DNA of 63,499 nucleotides, counting the filler, from Platydemus manokwari (lineage: Eukaryota), in assembly GCA_037951405.1 (NCBI GenBank). It is 5 parts of 5 records of this genome, joined end to end, with 100 filler letters (N's around TTAATTAATTAA, not from the genome) between each part and the next. Parts side by side here need not be neighbours in the genome. Positions count along the whole stretch, not along the records: positions 52,439 to 63,499 come from JBBMOY010938862.1; 4 more parts are not named here. The stretch is one strand, 5' to 3'. The notes below the pieces were generated by a model. The model saw only the letters and a program-made list of their open reading frames with translations, was not told the DNA's origin and did no database searches. How positions within the stretch are numbered: position 1 is the first letter of the stretch; each line of letters starts with the position of its first letter. Below, one piece after another: positions 52,439-63,499 of this stretch. The position numbers and the translations under genes are program-made.

Positions 52439-55400
52439 ACAATTAATAAAAGAAACAATGTAAATAAATGATGAGATTGAACACATGCTTATCGAAGAAA
52501 TAATAATATTAGAAATTAGATATTAAAATATAATCATAGAAATAATTAAATATTTATGGATAAAATAAGATATTTAATGTACCTTAGATTTAAATTATTA
52601 AAACTAAATAGTAAATCAAGGAAAAGGTTAAAATAAATAAAATACAACAATTAATGTATAAAGAATAACAAATAAGTGTTGTTTGTCATTTCAAGAAAAC
52701 AGAAATGTTAGAATATGTATCTGAAAATATCTGTATATGATAATGCTTGAACTGACGGTTTGGGTGTGTTATGGTTTTTCTTTGTTGCCAGCAATCCTAC
52801 ATTCCATAAAAATATATGATCAAAAAATTTAGATATAAACTTTCGTATTTCGTTAAATACTTTCGGAAAATTCATATAATAAGGGAGGTGTTTATAATTA
52901 TGTAAAATATTTTAATTGGTTAAAATAAAAGTCTCGATTGGTGAGATATAACAATTGATATAAAAATTAACAGTATTAATAGAAGAATATTTTTAAGGTC
53001 AATTAATGAAATTATTAAATAAGCATTTATTATATTTTTTATCCAAAATAATATCCGTTAAACTATATAATTTAAAAATATTTCCATAATATGAGCTGTT
53101 ATTAAAGAAATATTTTGTTCTACTGACAACTATGATTTTTGATTTAAAATCGGAACACGAAATTAATAAAATTAATATTGTACGAATATTCATACAGCTA
53201 AAAGTAATAACGCACTTACAAAATTAAATTTATACATCAATTTTAAAGTTCAAAATAAATTTCAATTTTTAATTTGAGATTAACAATATTTAGAAACTTG
53301 TATATATCTTCAATGACTTATCTAAAATGTCTTTGTATTTAGATATCAATTATGAAATTTCATTGATTTTCTACCGCTTATCTTGCAATTGATTGAATAA
53401 AAATAATTAGAAGAAAAATGTTTCACCTTAATGACTTAGTGAATTAGAAGAGAAATCAAACAAAATCGAAAAATCGACATAAATAAGTGACCGAATCATT
53501 ATCAGACTTATTAATTTAATGTAAATAGCCAATAATCAATCAAACTTGATGAAAAGTCGATAGTCAATCAACTTCAATATTCAAATCAATTCAATATTTA
53601 ACAATGACTAATTTGAATATTTTTATCGTAGATTATAATACTACAAAGTAGGATATAAAATGATAAATCCAAGCAATAAAAACAGTATTAAGTGCAAAAA
53701 TTTAAAATATACATAAACAATAATAATACATCATTGATTTATCAAAATTAGAAAACATGTTCAAACATGAAAACAATGAAAATATCATTTTTGTGAGTCA
53801 AAACATATAAATTAAGTGAAGCCTAAATAAATAAAATAATTGGATATGAAAAACTGAAAGAGGCACAACTATGAATTGTAAAAATATCTTGAAGTACAAT
53901 GAGATTACAAAATACAACTACTTGAGATTCTAAAGATAAGAATATAATTCTGAGTTATAAATAAATACACCTATAGACGGAAGTTGTAAATGTTTGCATT
54001 TTGTGTACAAGAGAAATTAGAAAGGAGTCAGATAAAGTATACAGCCTTGTTAGGAGCTGAATAGTATCGATTCTAACATTGTCAGAGGGATTAATAAATC
54101 AAAAGATATACTTTATTAATTGCATGGAAAAGTAATCAGGCGCGAACGAATACAATCGAAAAACAATAATTTTTACATTTTCACAATTATTTAACTCAAT
54201 ATCATGATAGAATTACAATAATTCAATAATTTGCATATTAAATATTAAAATGAATTACTCCATTCAATTTCTTTTAATAGATCAAATTTTAAGATTCTAT
54301 TCGACGTATAACGTATTCTAAATAATAACATTGCCTTGGAGATGCTTCATTTAGATTAACAAATAAAAATTTATGATTTTTCTTAATTTCCTAGATAGCT
54401 ATGGGTAATAGTCTAAAATTATTCTAAATGATGATAATATTTGAAAAACTAGAAAACCTTATAAAGATAAAAAAATATCCGTCGAATTAAGTGAGTATTA
54501 TATCAGAACCAATAAGTTGAGTGACAACTGACATTTGCTAAAATAGTGCACATTTAATATATGCATCGTGATCCCTAATATTTTAATATAGTAATTATAG
54601 TGGCTAAAAAATTTCGTATATTATTTGGAAATTGCCTAAGTACTCTTTAATCTTGCAGACGCTTTATTAGAATATATTCGGAAAATAATGTTGATGAATC
54701 GACAAAAAATATTTATTTAATAATTCAACAAATAATAAAATAGATACCAAAGTTTGCAAAATATCAAAATAAATAATGTCTAATTCGAAATGACTTCTAA
54801 ATCAAACTAAAAATTAGAGAACAAGATATACAACACAGACATAAAACATTACTAAAACGCAAAGCACAACAAATAAATTTACAATTCTTAGAATGAAATC
54901 AACAAACCTGACTCAGAATAACAAGTATTTATCGAGTAGACTAAGATAGAAACAATCAGCTATTGTGAAAGTGGATCAGTAGATGTCATACATTGAAGAG
55001 GTATATAAATTTAGTGTTTCAATCGGAAAGCAACTAAAATTGCAATACAGTAAAGATAATGAAAAAAACTAATAATCACAGTTGAACAAAATTTATAGAT
55101 AAATCAATATTTACCATCTTCGAATTACCAAAATAAAATAATAAATAATTTATTTAACATTGAATCCAATAACTTAAAGCTGAACTCAAATATCAGACTG
55201 TTCTCAAAATGTAAAAATTGAAATACATAAAATTTGTATGATGTAAAAATTTCTAAATTCATTTCAATATTCTGAGGAAAAATTAATCCTAAATTTAAAT
55301 ACTAATAATTATTGAATTATACGTTGAAATCATTCTTCAAATTGCAAAAACACAAGAAATCGATATGTTAAGGTAATACAACTGAAATTATTCATTTAAT

Positions 55401-56825
55401 AATTGTCACATTAATTTTTCAACGTTTAAACTCAATGCTTATACCATATGAAAATATTTTGATAAATTAAAACATTTAATAAAACTAAGATAATAACTTT
55501 TGTTTTTCTACTTTTAATCAACAAAGAATTCAATGAAGGTCGTCAGCAATTTAGAGATGCAAAGGTTGAATAGATAAATGATATTAAATTGTTTAATAAT
55601 CGATTATTACAAAACACATTTTTATCACTATGATAAAGCTGATAATTAGTAGTAATAGTACTAAAGTAATCAAAAATTAACTAGTAAAAGCACAATTGGT
55701 AACATAAATAAAATAAAATCTAACAATAATAATCTAACAGAACAAAAAGATAATTAATACCATTTTAAATAATAAATAAATGGAAAAATAAATGATTACC
55801 ATAATAATAATTAGAAACTGTAAAATAACAATTATAAAAAAATAGGAAATAAGAAACTACAATTTTTAAAGTTAATATTGATATTTTATAATTATAGTTA
55901 TATATCATCAAAAAATCCGAATAGGAATAAAGATCGAAAACAGGAAGTTCAACTTGGTAATTGGTTAGTCCAATATGAATATAGGAATCATAGAGAAGGG
56001 ATGTACAATAGAAATGTGGAAATAAAGAGTGGAGTTAACTATTTTAAACCACCATTTGAATTAGACGAAATAATTAAGTGTTACACTTATTATTTAACCC
56101 TTTTAATACTGTGGGGATATATAAGTCCCAGAGAATAATTACTGATGCGAAAAATATTCGCATTAAACCACTGCAGGGACATATGTGTCCCAAGGCATTT
56201 TTTCAAAAAACCATATTTTCTAAAAATCTGAAATTATGTAAATATGTTCCTTTATTTATTTAGTTCAGTTATACAAAAATATTTTCACTGACCAAAAGTC
56301 GTATTGAAAGAGTTAAGTGGTCTGCTTTTTAACAAGTGCAGTTGCATAAGCTGTAAGTAGTTTAGAGTTATTATTGGTTGAATTGGAAATTAAGTAACAT
56401 GTATTTAATTGAGACCATACTTGTTACGGGAGTAATTTGTGATAGCAATCAAAAGTAGTGCCTAAGCTGGTATTGTCAGAAGTTTGGGGCTGTGTCCTCA
56501 TTTACAAAACTTTAAGACATTTATTTCTATCGTGGTGATTATCATGAATGATTAATACTTTATACAGTTGTTGCAATAAAAAAAACTTAGTAATCAGAAA
56601 TAGTTGTTGATTCAATGTGAAGTAGAATGTTAAGTTTAAGTAATTTAAACCTTTTCAATTTACACAAGAACAAGCATCACTGTTAATCTCACAAATTTTT
56701 AATAATAAAAATTTAATTTTCGTTATGAATCATTCAACATGAATAATGATCAACTTATATTCTCAAACTGTCAAGATAAATTATTACTAAGTGTAAGAAG
56801 TCTTCCGAATTAAATTGGATATAAT

Positions 56826-57640
56826 TGTTGGATATCAGCCCCATCCCAAACCTTACATAATGTATACACAATGTCGTAATCCCATTTTATATATAATTTT
56901 AATAATTATAATTTTAAAGTCACAACTATCCCATAATGAAATTAAACGCACATATAATTCCACAGTATGATAAAATATCCCTTGATTATGGATTGCCAAA
57001 CCGAGAGACAGAACATCAAGCGAAGTCGTACCCAACGGTGTCAGCGGTATTCATATTCAGACTACCTTTATTTTACAAAAGTTTAATGAACAGTAACTAT
57101 GTTATGTGAATCCTTAATAGACAACTGTTTTTTATTCTTGTGCTATGTACAATAAACAATTGATGTTTGTGCTATTTACATTAAGCACTTAATGTATTAA
57201 CAATTTATATACTATTGTGATGAATGTTTACGTACAACGACGAAGTGGATGGTGAAGGTGGGAGATGAATGCCGACGAAAAAATAAGCTAATAAAAATAT
57301 ATAAATGGTTATTAAGTTAAAATAATAATAAATAATAAATAATAGAAATAAATAACTAAGTAGATAATAGAATAAAATAGGATAAATAATAAATGTTAGA
57401 AAAAAATATAAATAAAATAAACTAAGGTAATTAGTAGAAAGTACAAAATAAGATAAATAAAAGTTGTTAAGAAATAAGAAAATGCAAATTAATCAAAATA
57501 AATAGAATAATTAGCATAAATAATTAAATCATACAACAAGATGGGCGCAGGCGGAAAACGACAACTATAAATACTGTAGACAATCTCATTCGAACCCCAC
57601 AACAATTTAAATCGAAGCAGGTGATCATCACTACATAACA
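56826..57640 (+). mobile_element. Solo or truncated LTR of the same family as 30210-31315
   Basis: Starts TGTTGGATATCAGCCCCATCCC. Shares blocks ttgattatggat.gcca, agacagaacatca, gtgggagatga, attagcataa and ggcggaaa...ctataaatac (TATA 57566-57573), aagcagg.gat. The 3' end is not defined. Confidence 0.75.
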
Positions 57641-58527
57641 AATCTCATCGCGAACTATATCATCACCTCAATTCACGGTTGTAGATCGACTTTTATCAAT
57701 TATTGCAGGTCGAAATACTGCGGAGTTATTTAGAACATTGGAGAAAGATATACTATCATAACGGATAGATTTAAAAGAAAAAATTATTTATTAATTACTT
57801 TAAGAATGCTAAGTTTTTACATATAAATGTTCCAAAAATGTTCTAAATGCATATTCAGAAAATATGTGCAGATTGATATCACCACTGTTCGAAAGTCTGA
57901 TCATAAATCTTGTAAATCCTAAAACTAAGTGATAATACGGTTTAAAATCAACAAGAAATTGAATATTTTAGAATCACTGCTCTCAACAATAAAATTTTAA
58001 AACTCTAACTATCATTCTCTATTAAAGACGATGGCTCAAAGAATTGTTTGGATGCAATGCATGTATAGTTATAGTACATAAATAATTATAATTGTTGGCA
58101 TAAATAATTAGCATGAATTCTAACTATCACGATTACTCATTATGAATAATTCCAGTTTTAATGCCAATATCATGCGAAACCATTTATTTTAAAATACAAA
58201 ATCAAATAACGGAAATGCGGTAAATGATCATAGAAAATCACAAATATTAATAATATGAATCATGGAACCCACAAAATAAATATTATATAAACAGAATGAA
58301 ACACAGAAAATTCGCGCATAATTTCACATTTAATTTGAAATAAGCGTCAGTTCTCTCGTGAATTTAATTGCATTCATGATCCTGAATCGTGAGGATACTA
58401 TTCATACATTACGATTTATCCATTAAATTATGAACATAATTCGCATTCATTTTCAAATTGAATTCTTATTCATTCAGTTTTTCAAATCAAATTATAATAA
58501 ATATTATTAAAATCTGTATTTATCAGG

Positions 58528-58827
58528 CTACTCAACTATGAAAAATACCGACATATTGCCAATGAAATTAAAACGAAGACCCGATTCGAAACCTCTCTAG
58601 ACGTTCTTTGTATAGAAGTTCTCGGTTCTTGGGATCCAATAAACAACAAAGTCCTAACCGATATCGGACTTACTAAGCCGCAAATCACCTTCATCACCGG
58701 CTATTTAATCAGCAGACTTCTAAAGAATGTCTACGTCACCTACAAAGCTCATACCAACAATCGAAACCTCAAGCAACTATCCTGGTTAAGAGCATTCAAT
58801 CAGCTAGCAATCAACAATCACAACTGA
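58528..58827 (+). mobile_element. 3' fragment of an RLE-type non-LTR retrotransposon, same family as 12900-14300
   Basis: Open frame without ATG: LLNYEKYRHIANEIKTKTRFETSLDVLCIEVLGSWDPINNKVLTDIGLTKPQITFITGYLISRLLKNVYVTY...*, which aligns residue by residue with the translation of ~14030-14240. Confidence 0.8.
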
Positions 58828-58906
58828 TAGTAACCCTATCTAAGAATCTCATACAAGCAAACTTCCTGGACGTATCAAATGATTAATCAATTTTATAAAA
58901 ATATGT

Positions 58907-58985
58907 GAGGACTTGTGCCACCGCATCGTGAAGATATTTATGTTTATATTAAATAAATTTTGTCTACCTTATAAATGGTCTTTTG
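58907..58985 (+). repeat. Dispersed repeat, copy 2 (shared with 12340-12421)
   Basis: GAGGACTTGTGCCACCGCATCGTGAAGA... matches the reverse complement of 12340-12421. Confidence 0.8.
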
Positions 58986-61965
58986 ATAATTGAATAAGTT
59001 TTGAAGAAAACATTATTGTTGGAGACCTTTTTTATTAAAAATCAAATTAAAGAAATATTAACAAAGTCAAATAATGATTTTTAAATAGTTAATTTAGTTG
59101 ATATTGAATTTAAGAATTTAAAATAAGAGTCAAATTTTAATTAGTAAATTTAATTCGATTCATATATACAATTTAACGTATCTTAAACTAGTTTAGTACG
59201 ACACTAGGTAAAAAAATATATTTCAATTTACTATAATCTCGTTAAAATTAATAAACTGATTAAAATTCATAAGTACCTGGTAATTTGATATTATCTGCCA
59301 TCAATCCATATTGACCTATTTACTACATTTTAATGAGTGAAACAAATGTTTTAATAACTTACAAAATGTACAGATGTAGTAAAATTTTAAATAAAATTTA
59401 TTCATTTATTAATTCTAAATAGTTTTTGCAGTTGTATTTTGAATAAATTTGAAATCACTAAAAAATATTATAACATAAAATTTCAGTGACTTAAAATTAA
59501 TTTAGACCATTTTTCAATTAAATGCAATGCAATAGAAAGAAATCTCTAAAACCCTTTTTATTTCTATAGAAACAAAACAAGTCTTTTTAATAATATAAAA
59601 TAGAACTGAAGATTCAATTGCCCGTGCTCTCGTTTATAAATGAATTTCGCTAAATTTTAATTAAATACTATACTCTAAATCTCTTAAATGTTTAATGGAG
59701 CATCACGTCGTTAATAAAATAAACAACTGAAAATAACATAAATTCAACTGAAATTTAATTAAAAATTAGAAAATTATATAAAAAATCTTTAAATTATCTA
59801 ATGGATCATCAAAAGTCTTTGGAATATAATTAAATTGAGAAAGTTAAAATTTTGTATGTTTTAGAAATTGAAATTGTAAAATTGTAAAAATTGTAAAACA
59901 AATTCTCATGTACTTGGATATTATATGTCTTTACTCAACGTTAATAAATGTGATGAGTTTATATTAATGGTGACGTATCAATTTCATTCTTAAAAGACGA
60001 TTCATATTTTGAATATGTAGTAAATGCAATCAAAGTATCTACTTCTAAATAACCATCCTTAAATAGAATTTGATCGACAATTGCAGCGCATCGGCAACCG
60101 GCAGTAAAATCTAGATAAGCACATGTTACGAGAGTTGGACAAAAATTTACTAACAAACTGATATATGGACTGTTTTGGAGAATAAAAAACTAAAGACACA
60201 AGACAGCAGGTATAAATGCACGATAATTCTATAAAACGAGTTGAATATCGAGATCAATCGACAGTCTTTCATCGTCGGTATTTTTCAGACTTAATTTTTT
60301 TGTGTGGCCCCTCTGGTGAACTACAGCTGTTTTTATTTCGGATGCTGATGTCACTGTGTTCCCACCTTACTTTTTGAGAGTGATTCAAAGTGCAAACGTT
60401 ATTTCTTTTTATTTTCTAGCGTAATTTCTATAATCTCTATAGAAATCATAAAGCATATAAGACCTGCGGATATAACATAAATAAAATCCACTTTAAAATA
60501 AGTCATGATTAATTTGATCAGATTGCGTCGATGAATGAAAAAATAACTTACTATTAAATAAGTATCCAGAATTTATCAGGATTAGACCAGCACTAATACA
60601 TAAACAATTTATGGATATGAAAAACTGATTACAGTTAGCAATAGTGATTAATAGCGTTCGAAAAGTTCATTGAAATGCAAATATTGCGGAGATTTTGGCA
60701 AAAAACGAGATTTTGATAATCTGACTTGGAATAAAAGAGATCCGTGTTTGAACAAAAGAAAGATATCGTTCCTTGAAGGTTTTAGATAAAGATATATTCA
60801 AAAACTTCATTTCAGAAAATACATTTTTATACATCGGCTCTTGTGTTCTCAGTAAGATAGTATTCTCTTGTTTTAAAATACTTATCCGTGCTAAATTATT
60901 TGAATATGAATTGATAATTAAATAATTTTTCAAAATATTTTATTGTCACTGAACAATGTTATTTTGAAATTATCCTTTGATGAACATTTGTTGAAACCAT
61001 CACACTGAAGTTATCATTGTACTTGAAATGGTTCTTTTGAAAACCATGATTGGCTATATTTCTATTCTACTTTATATAAAAAACTATTGCGATAGGTGAA
61101 TTTTTGCAATCAGAGTAATTCAAAATTTATCTTTCTTAACCAACAATACTAACTTATAAATAATATTTACTTTGAGAAGTATTCGTTTAATATCTTTATA
61201 TGAAATTATAAAATTCAGATTGTCGTAAGTATTTCTTGAATAAGATAATGATTGTCCAATATCACTGCTTTTTCATCATCAGTGGCTGCCCAACTGTCTA
61301 GATCACTTAGTTATTAAAATAAACCAATAATGAACAAGCTGTGATCGAAAGGCAAAAATAGGCTTTGGAAATAATATTTACTATTCTGATAAAGTCTACT
61401 ATTTGCCTCGATATAAGCTTGATTCTGTTGATTATTGTTTGTGTTTATTGAGCTATTCAGCCAATGTTCATTATAGTCACTTTTAATTTATTGATTTACA
61501 AATATTTTTTCCTAATTTTATTTTAATGTATTTATTATTTATATATGCTAATTTTACCCTCCATCTTCATAATCTTCTTTAAAATATTAAATGTTTAAAT
61601 ACAAAATTAACATATTAAATAAATATAACCATAAAATTAACGTTAAAACTTAAGACAAAATAAATTATCATCACTGCTAATAAAACAGATATAAAATGAT
61701 CACATAAATAAGACCGAAAAGTGTTTTCATTTGTATCTTATTTTAATAATGATATATAATTTATTAAGCTTGCTACCAGTAATAATCTATGAGTCGATCA
61801 ATAATTATCTACGAACTTATTGAATATTAATCACGTTATTATTCATGATAACCTATTATTTATTTGTTTCTATTGGTGCTTGCAGATAAATAACAATTGT
61901 GAATAATGGTCAGATATGTTTGATATTTAAGCACGAATCAATATCACGTCAGTTCAGTCACAGAA

Positions 61966-63312
61966 ATGGACCAAGAACTCATTGATAGATTTGCTAAATT
62001 GAAAGAAAACTCTAATCATGATTATGCGGAATTTGAGCATTTCACTAAAAATCAAATATTTAGTTTCAAATCTTTTTTCGACAAGTAAACTTCATTTTTA
62101 TTTTGTTCGATATTGGCTGATCATTTATAAAATATCTGTAAATCCTAAAATATACTAATGATGGACATTTAGAAACTTATAAAATTCATTCATCATTCTA
62201 TCATTTGTTAATAAATTATCATTTTTCATCTTCATGTTTGATTTATGTTGGATTTTTATAGTACAAACAAATCAATATTTACCTTTCCCATTTTAAAAAT
62301 TATCTTTCAGATATGATGAAGATCATGATGGATATCTTGGCATTGACGATCTGGAATCAGTAATGAAGAAGAAAGCTTTATTTTATAATCGCACTGAATT
62401 GGAACAATTAATCAGTGAATTGGATGAAGATAATGATAACAGAATTAGTTTCAAAGAGGTTTTTTATCTGGAATATATATATATAATTTAATATTTTATA
62501 TGTAATATTTATTTTAAATGTAATATTTTATATAATTTCATCCAATAAATTATTTGATAAGAAATTTTTTGATAATTAACTTTCCTTCTCGAATTTCCAA
62601 CTCATGTATTAGGTTATTTAATTTGAATATGGAAAAGAAGAAAATTGTGATATTAACCGTATTTACTAAAAACTAATGGAAATGACTCATAAATAGGTGA
62701 GATAGTGATTTTATAATTTTCATATAACGATATTAAAGCTATGTGAACAGAAAATTATATTGCTAATGGATTTTTGATTAGACTGATATTAAGCGAATAT
62801 CGAACTATATCGATTATTTGATTTGTAATCAAATACTACGACATTTGAAAATAATGCTTATTCATATATTCTAAATTATGTTACTTAACTTGAAAAATTC
62901 CATCATAGATATTCAAAAATTTTCAACAATATGCTTTATAATATTATTTTTAATTTAAACCTTTTTCTTTAAAGCATCTCATTACATTATGGGAAATTTT
63001 CATAGATTTCCTTCTTATTCATATGAATTAATTAATATTAATAATAATATTGATAAATAAATTGATGTTTAGTTCATGAAATTTGCGGAAAAAGAAAGCA
63101 AAACAGATGACACATTTTCTGAAAATGCTCAAAATAATATTTTAAATGAAACCACAGATCAAAACACGATTTCAGAGACCACATTCAGCGTAAAGCGTGC
63201 AAAATCGTTCTTCGAGTCAAAAATAGCTCAGATCGTGAAAGAGAAAGATATGACTAATGATATATTGAGAGAAAGAGAATTGAAGAAAAACATAATTAAA
63301 CAAAAGAAATAG
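61966..63312 (+). CDS. Swiprosin/EFHD-like EF-hand protein, complete, about 168 aa
   Basis: In-frame exons 61966-62084, 62311-62458, 63073-63312: YAEFEHFTKNQI, EF loops YDEDHDGYLGIDDL and LDEDNDNRISFKEF, VKRAKSFFESKI, then a short charged coiled-coil tail. Collinear with EFHD1/2 (YTEFKEFSRKQI...DEDFDSKLSFREF...VKGAKSFFEAKV). Confidence 0.88.
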
Positions 63313-63499
63313 AAAAGTTTTTGTTTATCTAATAATAAATTTTATAATCATAAAAGTCTATTTTTCATAATATTTCTAATAATAACAATATCTTTTTATT
63401 TAAACTTAAATAATTATCGTTATACATGTAGTCGTGTGTGCAGGTGTGTGTTCAATCTCAAATTTCGAGAAAACCGCCATTTATTGATAAATTTTTAAA

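Noticed and set aside
59959-61070. Minus-strand ORFs as a gene divergent from the EF-hand gene
   Set aside because: No consistent spliced frame or recognisable domain could be built.
1-63499. Prokaryotic systems (CRISPR arrays, operons, defence islands), tRNA or rRNA genes
   Set aside because: The sequence is intron-containing eukaryotic DNA; I saw no repeat-spacer array, cloverleaf or rRNA signature.

Overview
AT-rich eukaryotic DNA with many short (~40-60 nt) GT-AG introns. Gene and repeat content suggest an invertebrate, probably a planarian flatworm (inference only). The window is not continuous: four identical 100-bp spacers (N-run + TTAATTAATTAA + N-run) join five contigs (1-10509, 10610-20299, 20400-29538, 29639-52338, 52439-63499). 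Genes built by hand from splice sites: a partial hillarin/KY transglutaminase-like gene, a partial ZIP (SLC39) zinc transporter, three exons of a GH31 neutral alpha-glucosidase, the 3' part of ARNT/Tango, a complete RPS11 and a complete, divergent swiprosin/EFHD EF-hand gene. Mobile DNA: a hAT MITE with an 8-bp TSD, a mariner end, a decayed pogo transposase, two related LTRs (one followed by a PBS-like motif), two remnants of one RLE-type non-LTR retrotransposon family, and a probable Penelope-like 3' fragment. The most striking non-coding signal is a pair of tandem, sequence-divergent, decayed type III hammerhead ribozyme motifs at 34504-34686. Most short ORFs in the supplied track are spurious or are exon fragments.
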